The notes under the pieces are model-generated. The model ran no database searches. It had not been told where the DNA came from and worked only from the letters and a program-made list of their open reading frames with translations. Below are positions 10,507 through 22,137 of a stretch of DNA of 64,000 nt, piece after piece. The stretch comes from an uncultured delta proteobacterium (GTDB lineage: Bacteria; Desulfobacterota; Desulfobacteria; Desulfobacterales; JAHEIW01). The translations under genes and the position numbers were made by a program. Position 1 is the stretch's first letter. Each line of letters begins with the position of its first letter. The stretch is taken from contig CAVPNL010000002.1 of NCBI GenBank assembly GCA_963706575.1, positions 32,001-96,000 of the forward strand, written 5' to 3'.

Positions 10507-11487
10507 TTATTCCTCCATTTTTCCGCATATTTGATCGAATAGCCTGATAATCATGTTTTCATACCAGCTTTGCAGTTTAAATCCGGTAATGAACCCATTG
10601 TGTCCCCCATGGGGATGAATGACCAATCGGATGTGTTTATTGAGTTTAAGATCATAAAAATCTTCTATCGGAATGATCGGATCATCTTGAGCCGTAACAA
10701 TGGTTGTCGGGGTATGAATATCCGCAATTGCCGGCCCCATTACCGCATAGGCATCGAAGTAATCTTGCGCTGTTGGGAAATCGCTGTATTTTTCAAGCAA
10801 CGCATCGGTTAACGCCTGAATCGTTTTCACTCCCATTACGTCTCCAAAATCGTACAGGTCCGGAAATAAAGCTTGCTTTTTTGTCAAAGAGCGCCGCCAT
10901 TTCGCCAGGAAATATTTTCTGATAAAAGCGATCTGATCGATTTTTGTTGTCGATTTTTGCGGATTCAACACCGGGCTGATGCTCACCGCATGACACAGAT
11001 TTTTAATGGGAACATTGACACATTTTTTTAAAATGCGCAAAACGAAATTGCCCCCTAATGAAAATCCAATCAGAAAGACCGGGCGGCCGCTGGAGAAAGC
11101 GGCCGCCTGCACGACCGCCTGATAAACTTCTTCTAAAAGAACCGCATAGAAAATACCTTTATTGAGATGGTGACTGTCTCCATGGTCTCTAAAATTTAAT
11201 CTGAAAATGTCATAGCCATTGGCATACAGGCTTCTGCCGCAGCGTAATAGGTAAGTTGAGTCTGCGCTGCCCTCCCAGCCGTGCAGCAGAATCGCCAGAC
11301 CTTTTGCCTGACCGTCATTTTGAACGGAATGATAGCCCAGCAGTTTAATGCCCTCGGCAGTTTCGATAATTTCTTTGCGAGCCACATCCCGCATGGTATT
11401 GGTTCCCAGCGTGCGGAGCTTGCTGCTGGCCAGGACCGTCTGTATGTGGGCATTTTTTAAAAAAAACGGTGGCTGAAATCCATCCAA
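10507..11487 (-). CDS. YheT-like alpha/beta hydrolase
   Basis: NAHIQT, HGWEGS, GFSLGG, DDPII, GGHNGF. Confidence 0.88.
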   Translation of the reverse strand: MDGFQPPFFLKNAHIQTVLASSKLRTLGTNTMRDVARKEIIETAEGIKLLGYHSVQNDGQAKGLAILLHGWEGSADSTYLLRCGRSLYANGYDIFRLNFRDHGDSHHLNKGIFYAVLLEEVYQAVVQAAAFSSGRPVFLIGFSLGGNFVLRILKKCVNVPIKNLCHAVSISPVLNPQKSTTKIDQIAFIRKYFLAKWRRSLTKKQALFPDLYDFGDVMGVKTIQALTDALLEKYSDFPTAQDYFDAYAVMGPAIADIHTPTTIVTAQDDPIIPIEDFYDLKLNKHIRLVIHPHGGHNGFITGFKLQSWYENMIIRLFDQICGKMEE

Positions 11488-11571
11488 CGGTCTGCATGGT
11501 CAATTCCTATAGCTCTCAAAATTAGCAGTTCATCTTGGAAGACAGATAAAAAAGTCCCAACGGTGCTCTAA

Positions 11572-11727
11572 AGTTAGAAGTGCCTAAAATGCCTAAAATG
11601 AGCTAAAATGTCTAAAGTTATAGAGTCGCTGCGCTCCATCTTTTATTATAAAGATGCTCGTACTGAGGCTCTGACGAAATTCCTCAATTTTAGGCATTTT
11701 AGATCATTTTTAATTTTAGATCATTTT
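11572..11727. repeat. Inverted nonamer-array element (AAATGCCTA-type), copy 1
   Basis: GCCTAAAAT-like repeats on the left, TTTTAGGCA/TTTTAGATC on the right; related copies at 35401 and 51449. Confidence 0.75.
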
Positions 11728-11969
11728 ATTTTTGCGCCTCTTGATAGAAAGTTAGCCCCCAGATTCCGGTGTTCATATCATGGCGGATGATATAGATCCC
11801 TTCATCGTTGCCCCAGTATTTTAAAATAGCGGTGATCCGGATCCAGCCAGCGATCGAGCACTTTTTTGACTTCAATTTTGCGAGACTGAAACCAGATGAT
11901 ACGCGGTGTTTCTTCTCCCCGATATCCCGCGTAACATTCCACTTTAATTTCGATGATTGGTGCTTTCAC
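11726..11969 (-). CDS. Small conserved hypothetical protein (one frameshift)
   Basis: IKVECYAGYRGEETPR...LDRWLDPDHRYFK then GIYIIRHD...WGL in the adjacent frame. Confidence 0.65.
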
Positions 11970-11971
11970 TT

Positions 11972-14379
11972 TCAAACTCTGTTCATTTGTTGCCAGCTGA
12001 AAATCACGACCAAATAAGCGGCGATGGCACAACCTAAAATAAAAGATATCCCAAAGATAAGAGCTATCTGGGCGGACACAATAGCTGTGATCACCGAAGC
12101 ACAGCCATTGGCCGACCAGGCGTATGCGCGTTGGGTGGCGGAAGATAACAAATCGCGCATACCAATGGTAAAGGGCAGCCCCATCAGGAACCCGATGGGA
12201 AATAATATCAGCAGGGCCCAGACATATTGCCAGATATTGCCTCAAGTCCCAGCAGGTAGCCCATAAGCGGGTCCAGTGCGAGGAAAGCCAGCAATAGGAT
12301 GGCGATCAAAATTGGCAAGCGCCTTTTTTAAAACGGATTTATCTTTTTTTTGGGCCCAGGCACCCCCGAAGCTTGAAAAAATGAGAATCCCGCAGACCAC
12401 TACGCTAAAGCTAATCACCGGATCGCCGAAAAGCAGAATATATTTTTTAATGAAAAACAGTTCGATGAACATAAATCCGGCCCCGACCCCTAAAAAATAA
12501 AGGACTTGAGAGATGGATGTTTTTCTTTGACTGCGGCGGACAAAAACAAGCGGCAGAAAAAGTAAAAACCCGCTGACCACCAGCGCTTCGATCAAAACCA
12601 CCAGCACCACGATTTCTCCGGACATCAGCAGGGCATACAGGCGACTGCCCAGGGTTTGATATAGTGATTTTACTTTCGGCCATTTTAGATAACGACCGGG
12701 AAAGGGGCGATTGTCCGACTGGGGCTGGATATCAAGAAGATAGGATCTAAAATACCCCTTTTCTTGACCTTTGCGGTAGGCGGCTGCCAGACGATTGACT
12801 TCGATAAAATGGTAGGGCGCATCAAATTTATTGAAACGGTTGGCTTGGTCGGATGTGATCTGGGGAAGAAATACAATGTCAAAATTAAGATTTTCAGCAA
12901 AATTTTTCAAACGCGTCGTCGTCGTGCGGTGAAGCGGCTGTTTAAATACCAGCAGGGTAAAGGTATCCCAGTTGCGAAGAATGGCAAGGTGGTCGGCCGG
13001 ATTGCGAGCGCCGATCAGCTTTAAACCTTCATAGGCGGATGCCCACAGGCGAAGGCAGTCGGCCGGAGGCAGCAGCAGTCTGCGGGAAATGATAACCACC
13101 CCATCCGGCGTCAGGTGCTGCAGGTATTGTAAAAACGCATCGGTGGTAAACAGGTGCTCCTGATCGAGAGCGGCCGAACCCGGAATCGCGGTCCCCCAGT
13201 TTTCCAGATGGATGATGTCAAACTGCTCGGGCGTTTGTGAAATAAAGGCTCTGGGTGGCTGGCAGACAACCTCAGCACCGTAATGTCTGCTTAAAATTTT
13301 GGCCAGCGGCGGATTTTCAATCACGATGGTGACATCTTGAATCTTTGCGGATAGAACACACGGAATAGCCGTTCCCCCTCCCTGCAAAACGACGAGGGCT
13401 TTTTGAGCTCCGGGGCGCAGATGGTATCCGCTGTAAGAGAGGGTAAATGCCGAAAATCGGGTGCTGTCCCGGGAACCGGACGGATACAAAACAAGCTGAT
13501 GATCACCGTCTCTAAATGTCGCTTCCTGCGCCGTAATGCCTTCCTGATAGCGCAGGCTCAACCCCGGAGCAAAACGGATATAGGGGCTCTGTCACCCGAT
13601 CGGTTCGCCCCCTGATATTGCTGAACGTCTGTTCGATACGGGTTTCTGGAAATTGCAGAACCTGGGAAAGGGCTTTATAAGGCGAAGGCTTCACGCGGAT
13701 CAGCCAGTCTCCATAGGGGGTTACCAGATAGATCGAACCCAGGACCAGGACGATACTGAAAAACGCCAGAGCAATTTGAGTTGATCTCTGGCTTTCGGAC
13801 GCCGTTTGAATTTTTTGTAAACGACCGAGGCTCGACCGGCATCAGGACCATCGGAACAATGGCGCAAAAAACAACCAGCTGACCTTCGCTGAAAAAAGGG
13901 AGCAACAGCGCTGGAAAGATCGCACCGCCGGCCGAACCGCACATGGTGGCGAAATAGATCAGACCGGTCTTTTCAGGCAGGCGGGTGTAAGCCAGCGCTA
14001 CAATGAGGCCTGAAAAAAAGAAGGGCAGTGCTAAAAGAATGAAAGCGATGAGCAAATAAACGCTCTGGATGGGTTCAAGCGGCAGCCTGAAATAATCCAG
14101 CGGACTGTTGTTCAAAGCGATGAAGGCCAGGATGGTGGTTGCCGTATACAGTGCAACAAGAATGGCGGTTGTCTTGCGGATAGAGAAAGAATGCGGGTGT
14201 TGGCCGCGACGGGCATTATAGATGCTTAGATAGGTTCCGCTGGCAGCAAAGCCAAACAGGGCAATGCTGATGACCATAAAAGAAAGGTGATTCCACTGCC
14301 CGATGGAAAAGATCCTTGTCAGCAGGACCTCAAAGGCCAGAGTGGAAAAACCGATAAGAAAGACGGCACTAAAAATCAT
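11972..14379 (-). CDS. Polytopic membrane protein with spermidine-synthase-like SAM-binding domain (frameshifted)
   Basis: AFEVLLTR..ISIALFG, SPYKALSQ, FDII..EHLFT, DNRPF, GFMFIEL, MGLPF..G, AWSANGCASV. Confidence 0.82.
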
Positions 14380-14385
14380 GGGCTA

Positions 14386-15116
14386 TCAAGGTGAAGGCTT
14401 TTTTAGCGCATAACCGGTCATGGGTACAAAAAGAACACCGGTAATTTGCTTCACGCTCAGATCTTCGCCCTGTTTGGTGACCATAACCAGATTCTGGTAA
14501 CTAAACGGGTTGCCCAGCGGCAAAGCGAGTCTGCCGCCGTCTTTTAACTGTTTGAGCAATGGCGGCGGAATATGATCGATGGCAGCGGTGATCATAATCG
14601 CATCAAATGGCGCTTGTTCCGGCCATCCGAAATAGCCATCTGAATGTCGAGTTTGAATCGTTTATATCCAAGTGATTTCAAAATCTTATTGGCTTTATAA
14701 TAAAGTTTTTCTTTAATTTCGATGGTGTAAACTTGTTTGGCCACTTGCGCCAGAACTGCCGCCTGATATCCGGAGCCGGTTCCAATTTCCAGGATGCGAT
14801 GATTTTTTGCAGGTTGCAGGATTTCGGTCATCAAGGCAACCACATATGGCTGTGAGATGGTCTGTCCTTCTCCGATGGGCAATGGACGGTCCGCGTACGC
14901 GACCGGCAAAAGGTTTTTGCGGCACAAAGCAATGGCGTGGGACGGCCTGCATGGCCGCTAAAACATTCGGGTCGGATATGCCCCGATTTTTGATGGTGGT
15001 CTGGACCATGTGATCCCTGGCTTTTTTGAATTCAGCCGAATCCGAAACGACATCCGCATGAACCAGGAGAAGTGAAAAGCATGAACCAGAATAAAAGCAA
15101 TGATGATTTTTTTCAT
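14386..15116 (-). CDS. pcm: Protein-L-isoaspartate O-methyltransferase with hydrophobic N-terminus (frameshifted)
   Basis: [43 protein letters not shown]. Confidence 0.9.
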
Positions 15117-15175
15117 AGACCGCTCTCCCTGCAGGAATTTATTTTCTATAACATAAAAATGCAGCATTGTCAGGA

Positions 15176-15293
15176 GTCAACGACCACCCGCACAGCGGGT
15201 GGCCTGTCTTTTACCGCCAAAGGCGGTAAAAGACAGGGGTATCGAAGTGCCCCAATCGTTGCGGGTGAAACCGGGTGCAAAGCACCCGGTTTG
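15176..15293 (-). mobile_element. Non-autonomous IS200/IS605-end-like palindromic element
   Basis: Three perfect hairpins with 3-nt loops (15184-15202, 15203-15237, 15267-15291); minus strand ends CCACCCGCTGTGCGGGTGGTCGTTGAC. Confidence 0.55.
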
Positions 15294-15437
15294 GAAAACC
15301 CAATCGACAAAACTTACACTGTTGATTTTTTGAGTTTTGATATATAATAAGAGGTAAATATAAAATGGATCTATAAACAAAATTAACGGCAACCTAAATT
15401 GAATCGATCATTTTAGGTTCAAAAAAGGAGCAACTGG

Positions 15438-15896
15438 ATGCCATTATTCGGCAAGAAGAACAAAGAAAAGAAAGCAGAGCGACCCCAGGCGGCCTTATCG
15501 CAGAATGAGACGTCCTATTTTGGCAAAAATCTGATGATTAAGGGCCGCGTTTCGGGAAATGGCAACGTTATTATTTTGGGCGGCCTTGACGGGGAATTTA
15601 ATTTACGAGGTCGGGTTAAGGTCGCTCAGTCGGCTAAAATCAAGGGCGAAGTAAAAGCAGACGTCATTTCGGTAAATGGCAGCGTACAGGGAAGTCTGGC
15701 CGCCAAGGAACGGATACACCTGGATCAGACAGCTCGAATTGAAGGGCAGATTACTACGCCCAGGCTATCCATATCGGAAGGCGCCTCTTTTGATGGCGAA
15801 ATTACGATGAAAGATCGATCATCAACACCGTCCAGACCCGCTGGCATAGATTCAGCCCCGGACGCTCAAAATACAAGCGCACCCCCTAAAAAATGA
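15438..15896 (+). CDS. Bactofilin (polymer-forming cytoskeletal protein)
   Basis: Beta-helix pattern IKGRV.G.G..G.G, ARIEGQI, EGASFDG; RBS AAGGAG. Confidence 0.9.
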   Translation: MPLFGKKNKEKKAERPQAALSQNETSYFGKNLMIKGRVSGNGNVIILGGLDGEFNLRGRVKVAQSAKIKGEVKADVISVNGSVQGSLAAKERIHLDQTARIEGQITTPRLSISEGASFDGEITMKDRSSTPSRPAGIDSAPDAQNTSAPPKK

Positions 15897-15980
15897 GTGA
15901 CTGGTGATATCCGGATGCCGCAAAGGCTGCACAAACGCGCGCCCAAATGAATCGATCGAAATTCAAAAGGAGCTCTATTC

Positions 15981-16398
15981 ATGCAAAAAGACAAATCCGC
16001 CGACTCCATATCTTTACTGAGTAAAAATGTCAGAATTGAAGGTGAAATTCATGGGACCTGAAAATCTTCATGTGGAGGGCTATCTCAAAGGCTCCGTTGA
16101 ACTATCCGGCGATATCTTTATCGGCAATACCGGTATCGTTGAGGCCGATGTTGAAGCCAAAAATATTGTTATCCAGGGAGAGGTGACCGGCAACGTGAAG
16201 GCCCACCAGCAACTGGAGATCCACCCCACCGGAAAACTTATCGGCGATTGTACCGCGGCGTCCATCGACATTAAAGAAGGCGCCGTGTTTGAGGGACGCT
16301 CGAATATGATCAAATCATCGGGAGCTGCCGTCAGTTCAAGCCCGGCACCAACAGACAGCGATGCTTCACAAGATCGCAAAGCTCCCCGGTCGGAATGA
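15981..16398 (+). CDS. Second bactofilin (frameshift near 5' end)
   Basis: AAGGAG + ATG 15981; LHVEG..G.V, VEADVEA, IKEGAVFEG. Confidence 0.85.
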
Positions 16399-16402
16399 TG
16401 GT

Positions 16403-16876
16403 TTATTCTAATTTGTTGGTTGGATCGCCCCCAGCCACCATGTCATTTAATATGCGGCGTTCGACCGCATCAGGTAAAATCCCATTTAGCTCTGCTTCCA
16501 GAACAAGATTGCCATCCTGATTGAAATAGACGGCTTCCGCCTTGGCGCGCAAGCGCTCATCAATATCGATTATGGTAAATCTGCAAGTTATCGTCTCACC
16601 GAAATAAACCGGTTGCTTGAATCGAAAGTTCATGACCGAAGCCAGCCAGCCAATCTGGCCGCCGATTTCAGTCAGCATGCTGCCAACCAGCAGACCGTGG
16701 CAGATTCGATCTTTGAAATTTTTGGCTTTTGAGAATTGCGAATTAAAATGTACCGCATTATAATCCCGGGTAACGGCGGCAAAGGTCATCATATCCACTT
16801 CGGTAAAACGTCGCGAAATGGTAAACGTATCACCAACCTGTAAACCTTGAATGGTCCGATTGCGAATTTCTGACAT
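16403..16876 (-). CDS. MaoC-family dehydratase
   Basis: DYNAVH, RICHGLL, F.QPVYFGET. Confidence 0.88.
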   Translation of the reverse strand: MSEIRNRTIQGLQVGDTFTISRRFTEVDMMTFAAVTRDYNAVHFNSQFSKAKNFKDRICHGLLVGSMLTEIGGQIGWLASVMNFRFKQPVYFGETITCRFTIIDIDERLRAKAEAVYFNQDGNLVLEAELNGILPDAVERRILNDMVAGGDPTNKLE

Positions 16877-17084
16877 AACTGCTCCTTGATTGGAAGGTCC
16901 GAATTTCAGGATGCCGCGATAACAGATTATAAAAACCGGTCTTACTTATTCACAAAGGCTGGATATAGTTCATACACAAGATTAAATCACAAAGGAGTAC
17001 TGTAAAATCAGCTTTAGTGTTTGTATCCCATAAGTAACTTACAAAACGCGCATTATTTTTTCAATCTTCTTTTAAAAATCGAAA

Positions 17085-17297
17085 GGTATTGGGTGTCAGG
17101 TGTCAGGCACCAGGTCCAGGAGAAAGAGGGCAGAGTAGGGCAGCCCTCTGCGGCTGCCTTTTACGATGGCTGGCACAGAGGCCAGCCCTACTTCATCATT
17201 CAAAATTCCGTACTCGATATTCGATATTCAAAATAGACCAAATTGATGGATAGGCCCTCCGGACCAAAGACTGACACCCGAAACCTGACACCTGAAT
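17085..17297. repeat. Nested repeat: GGTGTCA heptamer arms enclosing a GTAG-type REP doublet
   Basis: Arms 17085-17120 and 17271-17296; GTAGGGCAGCC...GGCCAGCCCTAC 17135-17191; TTCGATA heptamers 17198-17234. Confidence 0.75.
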
Positions 17298-17301
17298 CAC
17301 G

Positions 17302-18234
17302 ATGGTACCGGAATATCTTAAGAGAAAAATGGGCAGGGGTATATTTTTATCAATTTTATTTTTCGGGTTGACGGTGCCATCGTTATTATTGGCGGCCGGA
17401 CCATCAGTGCTGGATACACCGCAGCTTGTGGTTGTTTATGATCAGGGGCTGAAGCAAACCGCACAGCAGGTCTTGGCTGCGTATCCCTCCATTAAACAGA
17501 CGCTTGAATCCATTTTTCAATGGCCGGTGAACTTTCGTCCCTCCCTGGTGCTGATCAATAATCAAAAAAAATTCCGCCAGCTGGCGGGCCATGAACTGGT
17601 TGTGGCATATGCACTGCCCCAAAAAAACGCGGTGGTCATTGATTACTCAAAGATGAACACGTCACCTTTTACCCTGGAAAGGATTGTTCAACACGAGTTG
17701 TGTCATTTACTGCTGCATCACCACATCAATGAGGATAATCTGCCCCGTTGGCTGGATGAAGGTATCTGCCAATGGGCCAGCGACGGTTTAGCCGATATAT
17801 TAATGGACGCCAAGCGGGACCGTTTGCCGGCAGCTATTTTGTCGGGCAGCTATTTTGATCTGGTAAAATTAGCCCATCACTTCCCGCATGATAAAAATGG
17901 CCTTATTCTGGCTTATGAACAGAGTAAAAGTGCGGTGGCGTATATGATTCGCCAGTACGGCGTGCAAGGTATGCGGGATCTATTGGGTCTGCTGCGGCAG
18001 GGGGTTGATATTGAATCCGCATTTGAGAACGGTTTTGCGATCTCATTTGAAAAGTTCGAAGATCAATGGCGCAACCATCTTAAAACAAATATCAACTGGT
18101 TTACCTACCTTTCCATCCACCTCTATGAAATCCTGTTTGTGTCGGCGGCACTGCTGACAATACTGGGGTTTATTCGAAGGTTGCACAGAAAAAGGGTATA
18201 TGAAAAGGGCAATGAGGAGATGGAAGATTATTAG
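17302..18234 (+). CDS. Peptidase MA-like metalloprotease (signal peptide, C-terminal TM)
   Basis: HELCH (HExxH), PRWLDEG, LAYEQS. Confidence 0.85.
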   Translation: MVPEYLKRKMGRGIFLSILFFGLTVPSLLLAAGPSVLDTPQLVVVYDQGLKQTAQQVLAAYPSIKQTLESIFQWPVNFRPSLVLINNQKKFRQLAGHELVVAYALPQKNAVVIDYSKMNTSPFTLERIVQHELCHLLLHHHINEDNLPRWLDEGICQWASDGLADILMDAKRDRLPAAILSGSYFDLVKLAHHFPHDKNGLILAYEQSKSAVAYMIRQYGVQGMRDLLGLLRQGVDIESAFENGFAISFEKFEDQWRNHLKTNINWFTYLSIHLYEILFVSAALLTILGFIRRLHRKRVYEKGNEEMEDY

Positions 18235-18377
18235 AACCCATCTCAAAAAAGCGTCTTAGTGCCCATGGCTGCGTTGCAGACCTCCGATAAATGCTCACAT
18301 ACCCATGTATGCTGCGCTTTCCCGCTCGGTCTGCGCCTTGCCATGAACCCTAATCCACATTTTTGAGATGGGTTCTA
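18232..18377 (-). mobile_element. Hairpin element, variant termini (type II), reverse orientation
   Basis: TAGAACCCATCTCAAAAA...TTTTTGAGATGGGTTCTA; core is the reverse complement of the copy 1 core. Confidence 0.82.
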
Positions 18378-18990
18378 TAAGTGGTTTTTGCTGTGCTCCT
18401 CGAAGTACTGGACTTGGTAGGTTGAAACTTCAAGCTTCGATTGCTGCCAGGCATCTGATGCCAGGCCGGCTTTCAAGCAAAGCTGCGCAAGAAAATCCTG
18501 CGGTTGTTGTATCTGTTCCCATACCTGCGGCAGGAAGGTTGCACTGGCAATGTCCTTGCGAAGAATCACCCCATCGATATGGGGACGAATCTTTTTTAAC
18601 AGATCAGCTGCCTCCCGGTAATACAGCGGCCGGGGCTCCGATAGAATACTGACTTCGATTGAGACACGGTCCAGTTCCGAGAGGCTCAGCGACGAAAACC
18701 GGGGGTCATGGAAGGCGGCATTGATGGCATTTCGGCGAACGCCGGATACCATTGACTCATTGGATGTCAGGTTGCCGATACATCCTCTAAGTTTTCCGTC
18801 AATGGTCAGTGTGACGAAGGTCCCACAGGATGAATTAAAGCAGGGATCGGTTAATGCAGCATTCAAAGAATCGATCTCTTTTTGCGGTATTTTTTTTACA
18901 GAGGTGTTCCGACAGCGTGTGCCGGGCCAGCTTGACCAGTAACTGTCCCTGTTCGAGGCTTAAATTTTGACTGTCATCGTGTTGGTGCAT
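18375..18990 (-). CDS. amrA: AmmeMemoRadiSam system protein A (AMMECR1 domain; frameshift near 5' end)
   Basis: GTFVTL...LRGCIG, AAFHDPRF, ATFLPQVW, LCLKAG. Confidence 0.9.
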
Positions 18991-19185
18991 TTGAGGAAAG
19001 CAGAATAAAAAAGTTGCTTAGCTACGGATTTATGAACAGTCCGAACTGTTGTATGACGGCCATTCCCTGACGAGAATACACCGCGCAGAAACAAACTGTC
19101 AAATAAAAATAACCAGTGGTCATCACATTCTGGCGGATGAGCGTTTTAATTCGAATCGCAATGTAAACCTGCCGCAGGCGTGAGC

Positions 19186-19213
19186 TTCAGATGGGGGCTT
19201 GAAACCACTTCTA
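19186..19213 (+). mobile_element. Right-end remnant of the hairpin element
   Basis: AGATGGGGGCTTGAAACCACTTCTA. Confidence 0.6.
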
Positions 19214-21677
19214 GACAGTTGCATGCAGAGTTGCCTCATCAACATCTGCATCGGAACATTTTTCTTTAGCAGTCGGCTTTACCCACCATTCTTCTCGAAA
19301 CATGGATTTGTAGATGTTGTTGAACATAAAGCCCAGCAGCGTATAAGCAGAAATTCTTGAGACCTGCTTTTCGAGCCTTATTGAAAGTTGCTTTTGCTGC
19401 TCGAGATGCAGTTTCAGGGTGCCCAGATATTTGAGAAACACAATTGTGTCGGAGTGGTCGCCGGATGGGCTATGCATGGATTTAACCTTATTTTCAAATT
19501 CGATTCGAAGGTGATTAATTCTGGCAGGGGAGGAATCAAGTAATCGTTGCCGGCTTTGCGGACTTCCAAAAACAGTCTGGTTGCTGATGCAACGCTTTAT
19601 TTTTTCGGTGGTGGCCAGGACATCGTTGGACAATACCTTTTTAAACATCTTTTTGGAAGTATCGGGAATGGTCAAAAAAATGGATTTAAGCAGCTGTTCT
19701 TTTTGATTCATTCGGGTCTGAAATTCCAATAGTGCGCTGCGCCAAAACGCACGGCTGACATCGGCGACGATTTCGGTTTCCAGCATTCCTTCCATCTGGC
19801 CGAACTTTATTTTATTGCGAATATCTGCAAACAACCGGGCGGTTTTTTGAAACATCAGTTCACCGGTAACGGCTTTAAAAATCATTACCAGGGTGGCGTA
19901 CCAGTCCTGTAAATGTAATATTTGGCTTAAATTGTCGAAATGCTTCCGAAAGGACCACATTGCTGAAAAAATGTGACGGGGTTGCATAAAACGGCGTGCC
20001 GCCCAACAGGGGTTGTTTGATCCTGCCATCTTTCGATTTTCCAAAATCTACAGCGGTTTCTACATCGATGATTCCAAGCTCGTATTCATCGGGGTTCATT
20101 AAAAACAAGGGGTACTTTGCAGGATCGCCGGCGACCAGCAAGTTGTCCGGTTTCAGGTCTCGCATGGCAATGTGCCTGGTCCGCAGCCACGCCAGCAGGT
20201 CCAGCAGATTGGTTATGATGCCGGCCATTTGAGGCTTATTTTGTTCAAAGCGTATCTTATGGACATATTCGGTGATGGTGTTTCGGTAGGCCGTGACCGC
20301 CTCCATCTGCTTGGAAAGAGTCAGCTCGATCAGAAGATTTAATTCCTTAACCAGATTTTCAGGAAGACCGGCTTCTTTGATGCCAACCGCTTTTCTGGCC
20401 AAATGCGTCAGGAACCAGGTTTGAATGCGAAACATTGAGACATTCGATGAAACACCGGAATCTGTTAGAAACTGGCGAATGGCAGCCTGGCATTTGTCAT
20501 ATACCTGTCGGATTTCGATGCCGATGGATTCTTTGGCCTTGCCATATCTTCCGCGGAATTTTTGGTTATCAAAAACGGTTTCGGCGTTTTCGATGATTTC
20601 TTGCGCCATTGCATCTTTGACATCGTGCAGGTTATCGACAATATGACTCAGAAAATAGTATTTTGAAAAATCCATAAAAAATACAAATGTATTTTTTATC
20701 TTTAAATAATTCTGGTACTCGGATTTTGAGACGCAGCCAGTTGACGTATTTTTCTTCCAATTGATCAACCGGCAAATGAGCACTTTCGGGTAATTTATGA
20801 ATCATGCTCATGATGGTCGAAACCCGGGGCACGATGCATTCTTTGGGTGCCAGTTTCTCGACAATCTGGCCTTCTTTTTTGATACTTTTATTGTAGTATT
20901 CAAATTCAGAGATCGGCTTTACGGGTATTTTAACCACCAGGTGGACATCATAAATCACGTAATAACATTTGCTTTTGCTGCCGGCTTCCTCACCCAGCGG
21001 ACCGATGCTCATGCGGCGCCGCATCCATTCTCCGCGATGTTTTATGCGTAGCTCATAAACCGTATTGGACCCCGAAGGCATTGTCCATTAATGGCTTTTG
21101 TCTTCATCGGGGCGTCTGGATCGGCGCCGATCTGGAGTCTGAACAGGTTTAAAAAGTAGCTAATGATATCGGAGGGCGTGATCGCTGTCATCGGCATCTT
21201 CATCGGGCTGCGGCGCCGGTTTCTGAATATTTTGCCGTGGGCGGGATTTGGGGCGGGTTGGCGATCTTTGAGGATCAGATGAAGGATCAGCAGCACAATG
21301 ATGCAAAAGGCCGTGGCTGCCAGGATGGCGATTACCCAGAACGATCGCTGGCCAAATGAAACTGTTGTATTGTTGGCAAAGTCCTTAAATTCGTCATTGG
21401 CACTGATCAAAAGGAGGGATACATTTAAACTTGGCGTGCTTCAGCATCATTTCTGAATTTGGTTTTCCATAGCTCTCGACTTCGATTTTATTGACGGTAA
21501 AAACTTCATCATCGATTTTATAGAGGAGAAAACGACCGGATTTCCAGATCTCATCGACGGTAATCACGGTGCCATTTTTCAGGACTACGATGTTCCTGTC
21601 CTATAGTCGTTTAAATAAACAGCACCGATTCCGACCATTACCAGCAATAATAAAAGAATCGCATGACGCATTTTCAT
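19211..21677 (-). CDS. Large membrane-anchored protein-kinase-like protein (several frameshifts)
   Basis: Two hydrophobic segments; VVKIP, MRDLKPDNLLV, IIDVET, GGTPFYATP. Confidence 0.75.
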
Positions 21678-22137
21678 ATTGAGCTAACCCCGCATCTGTA
21701 TTCATCGTATCATATTCAGCGCCAAGGGCGAAGTCCTTTATGCGTTGATCGTAGATTAACATGCTGAAATTATAAGTAAATAATAATATAATGAATTGGT
21801 TACAGCGCCACAAGGGTTGAAGACAAACCATTATTCTTTTATCGGGAAACTATGAATTTTCTTGAATGATATTTTCAGCTGGTGCGGGATTGGCAATACC
21901 TCGTAATGTATTGAAAATAATTAATTTAAAGGAGCTGCATCGGTCGGGATATGAATCAGTAGTGACCTTGCTTTTCATTGACCCCGGCACAACAGTTCAT
22001 TATACTCGATCACCGACCCGGCAGGATCATATACTGGCAATATTTTCAGGCGGTATTACCTTGTCATTGTAACAAGTGAATCTACCGAATAGGGAAGATT
22101 TAATAATTATTGAATATATTAAAATCTGCATCTGAAC

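Noticed and set aside
15176..15293. IscB omega-RNA/HEARO locus
   Set aside because: Starts with GTCAAC + hairpin but is short and has no iscB/tnpB ORF nearby
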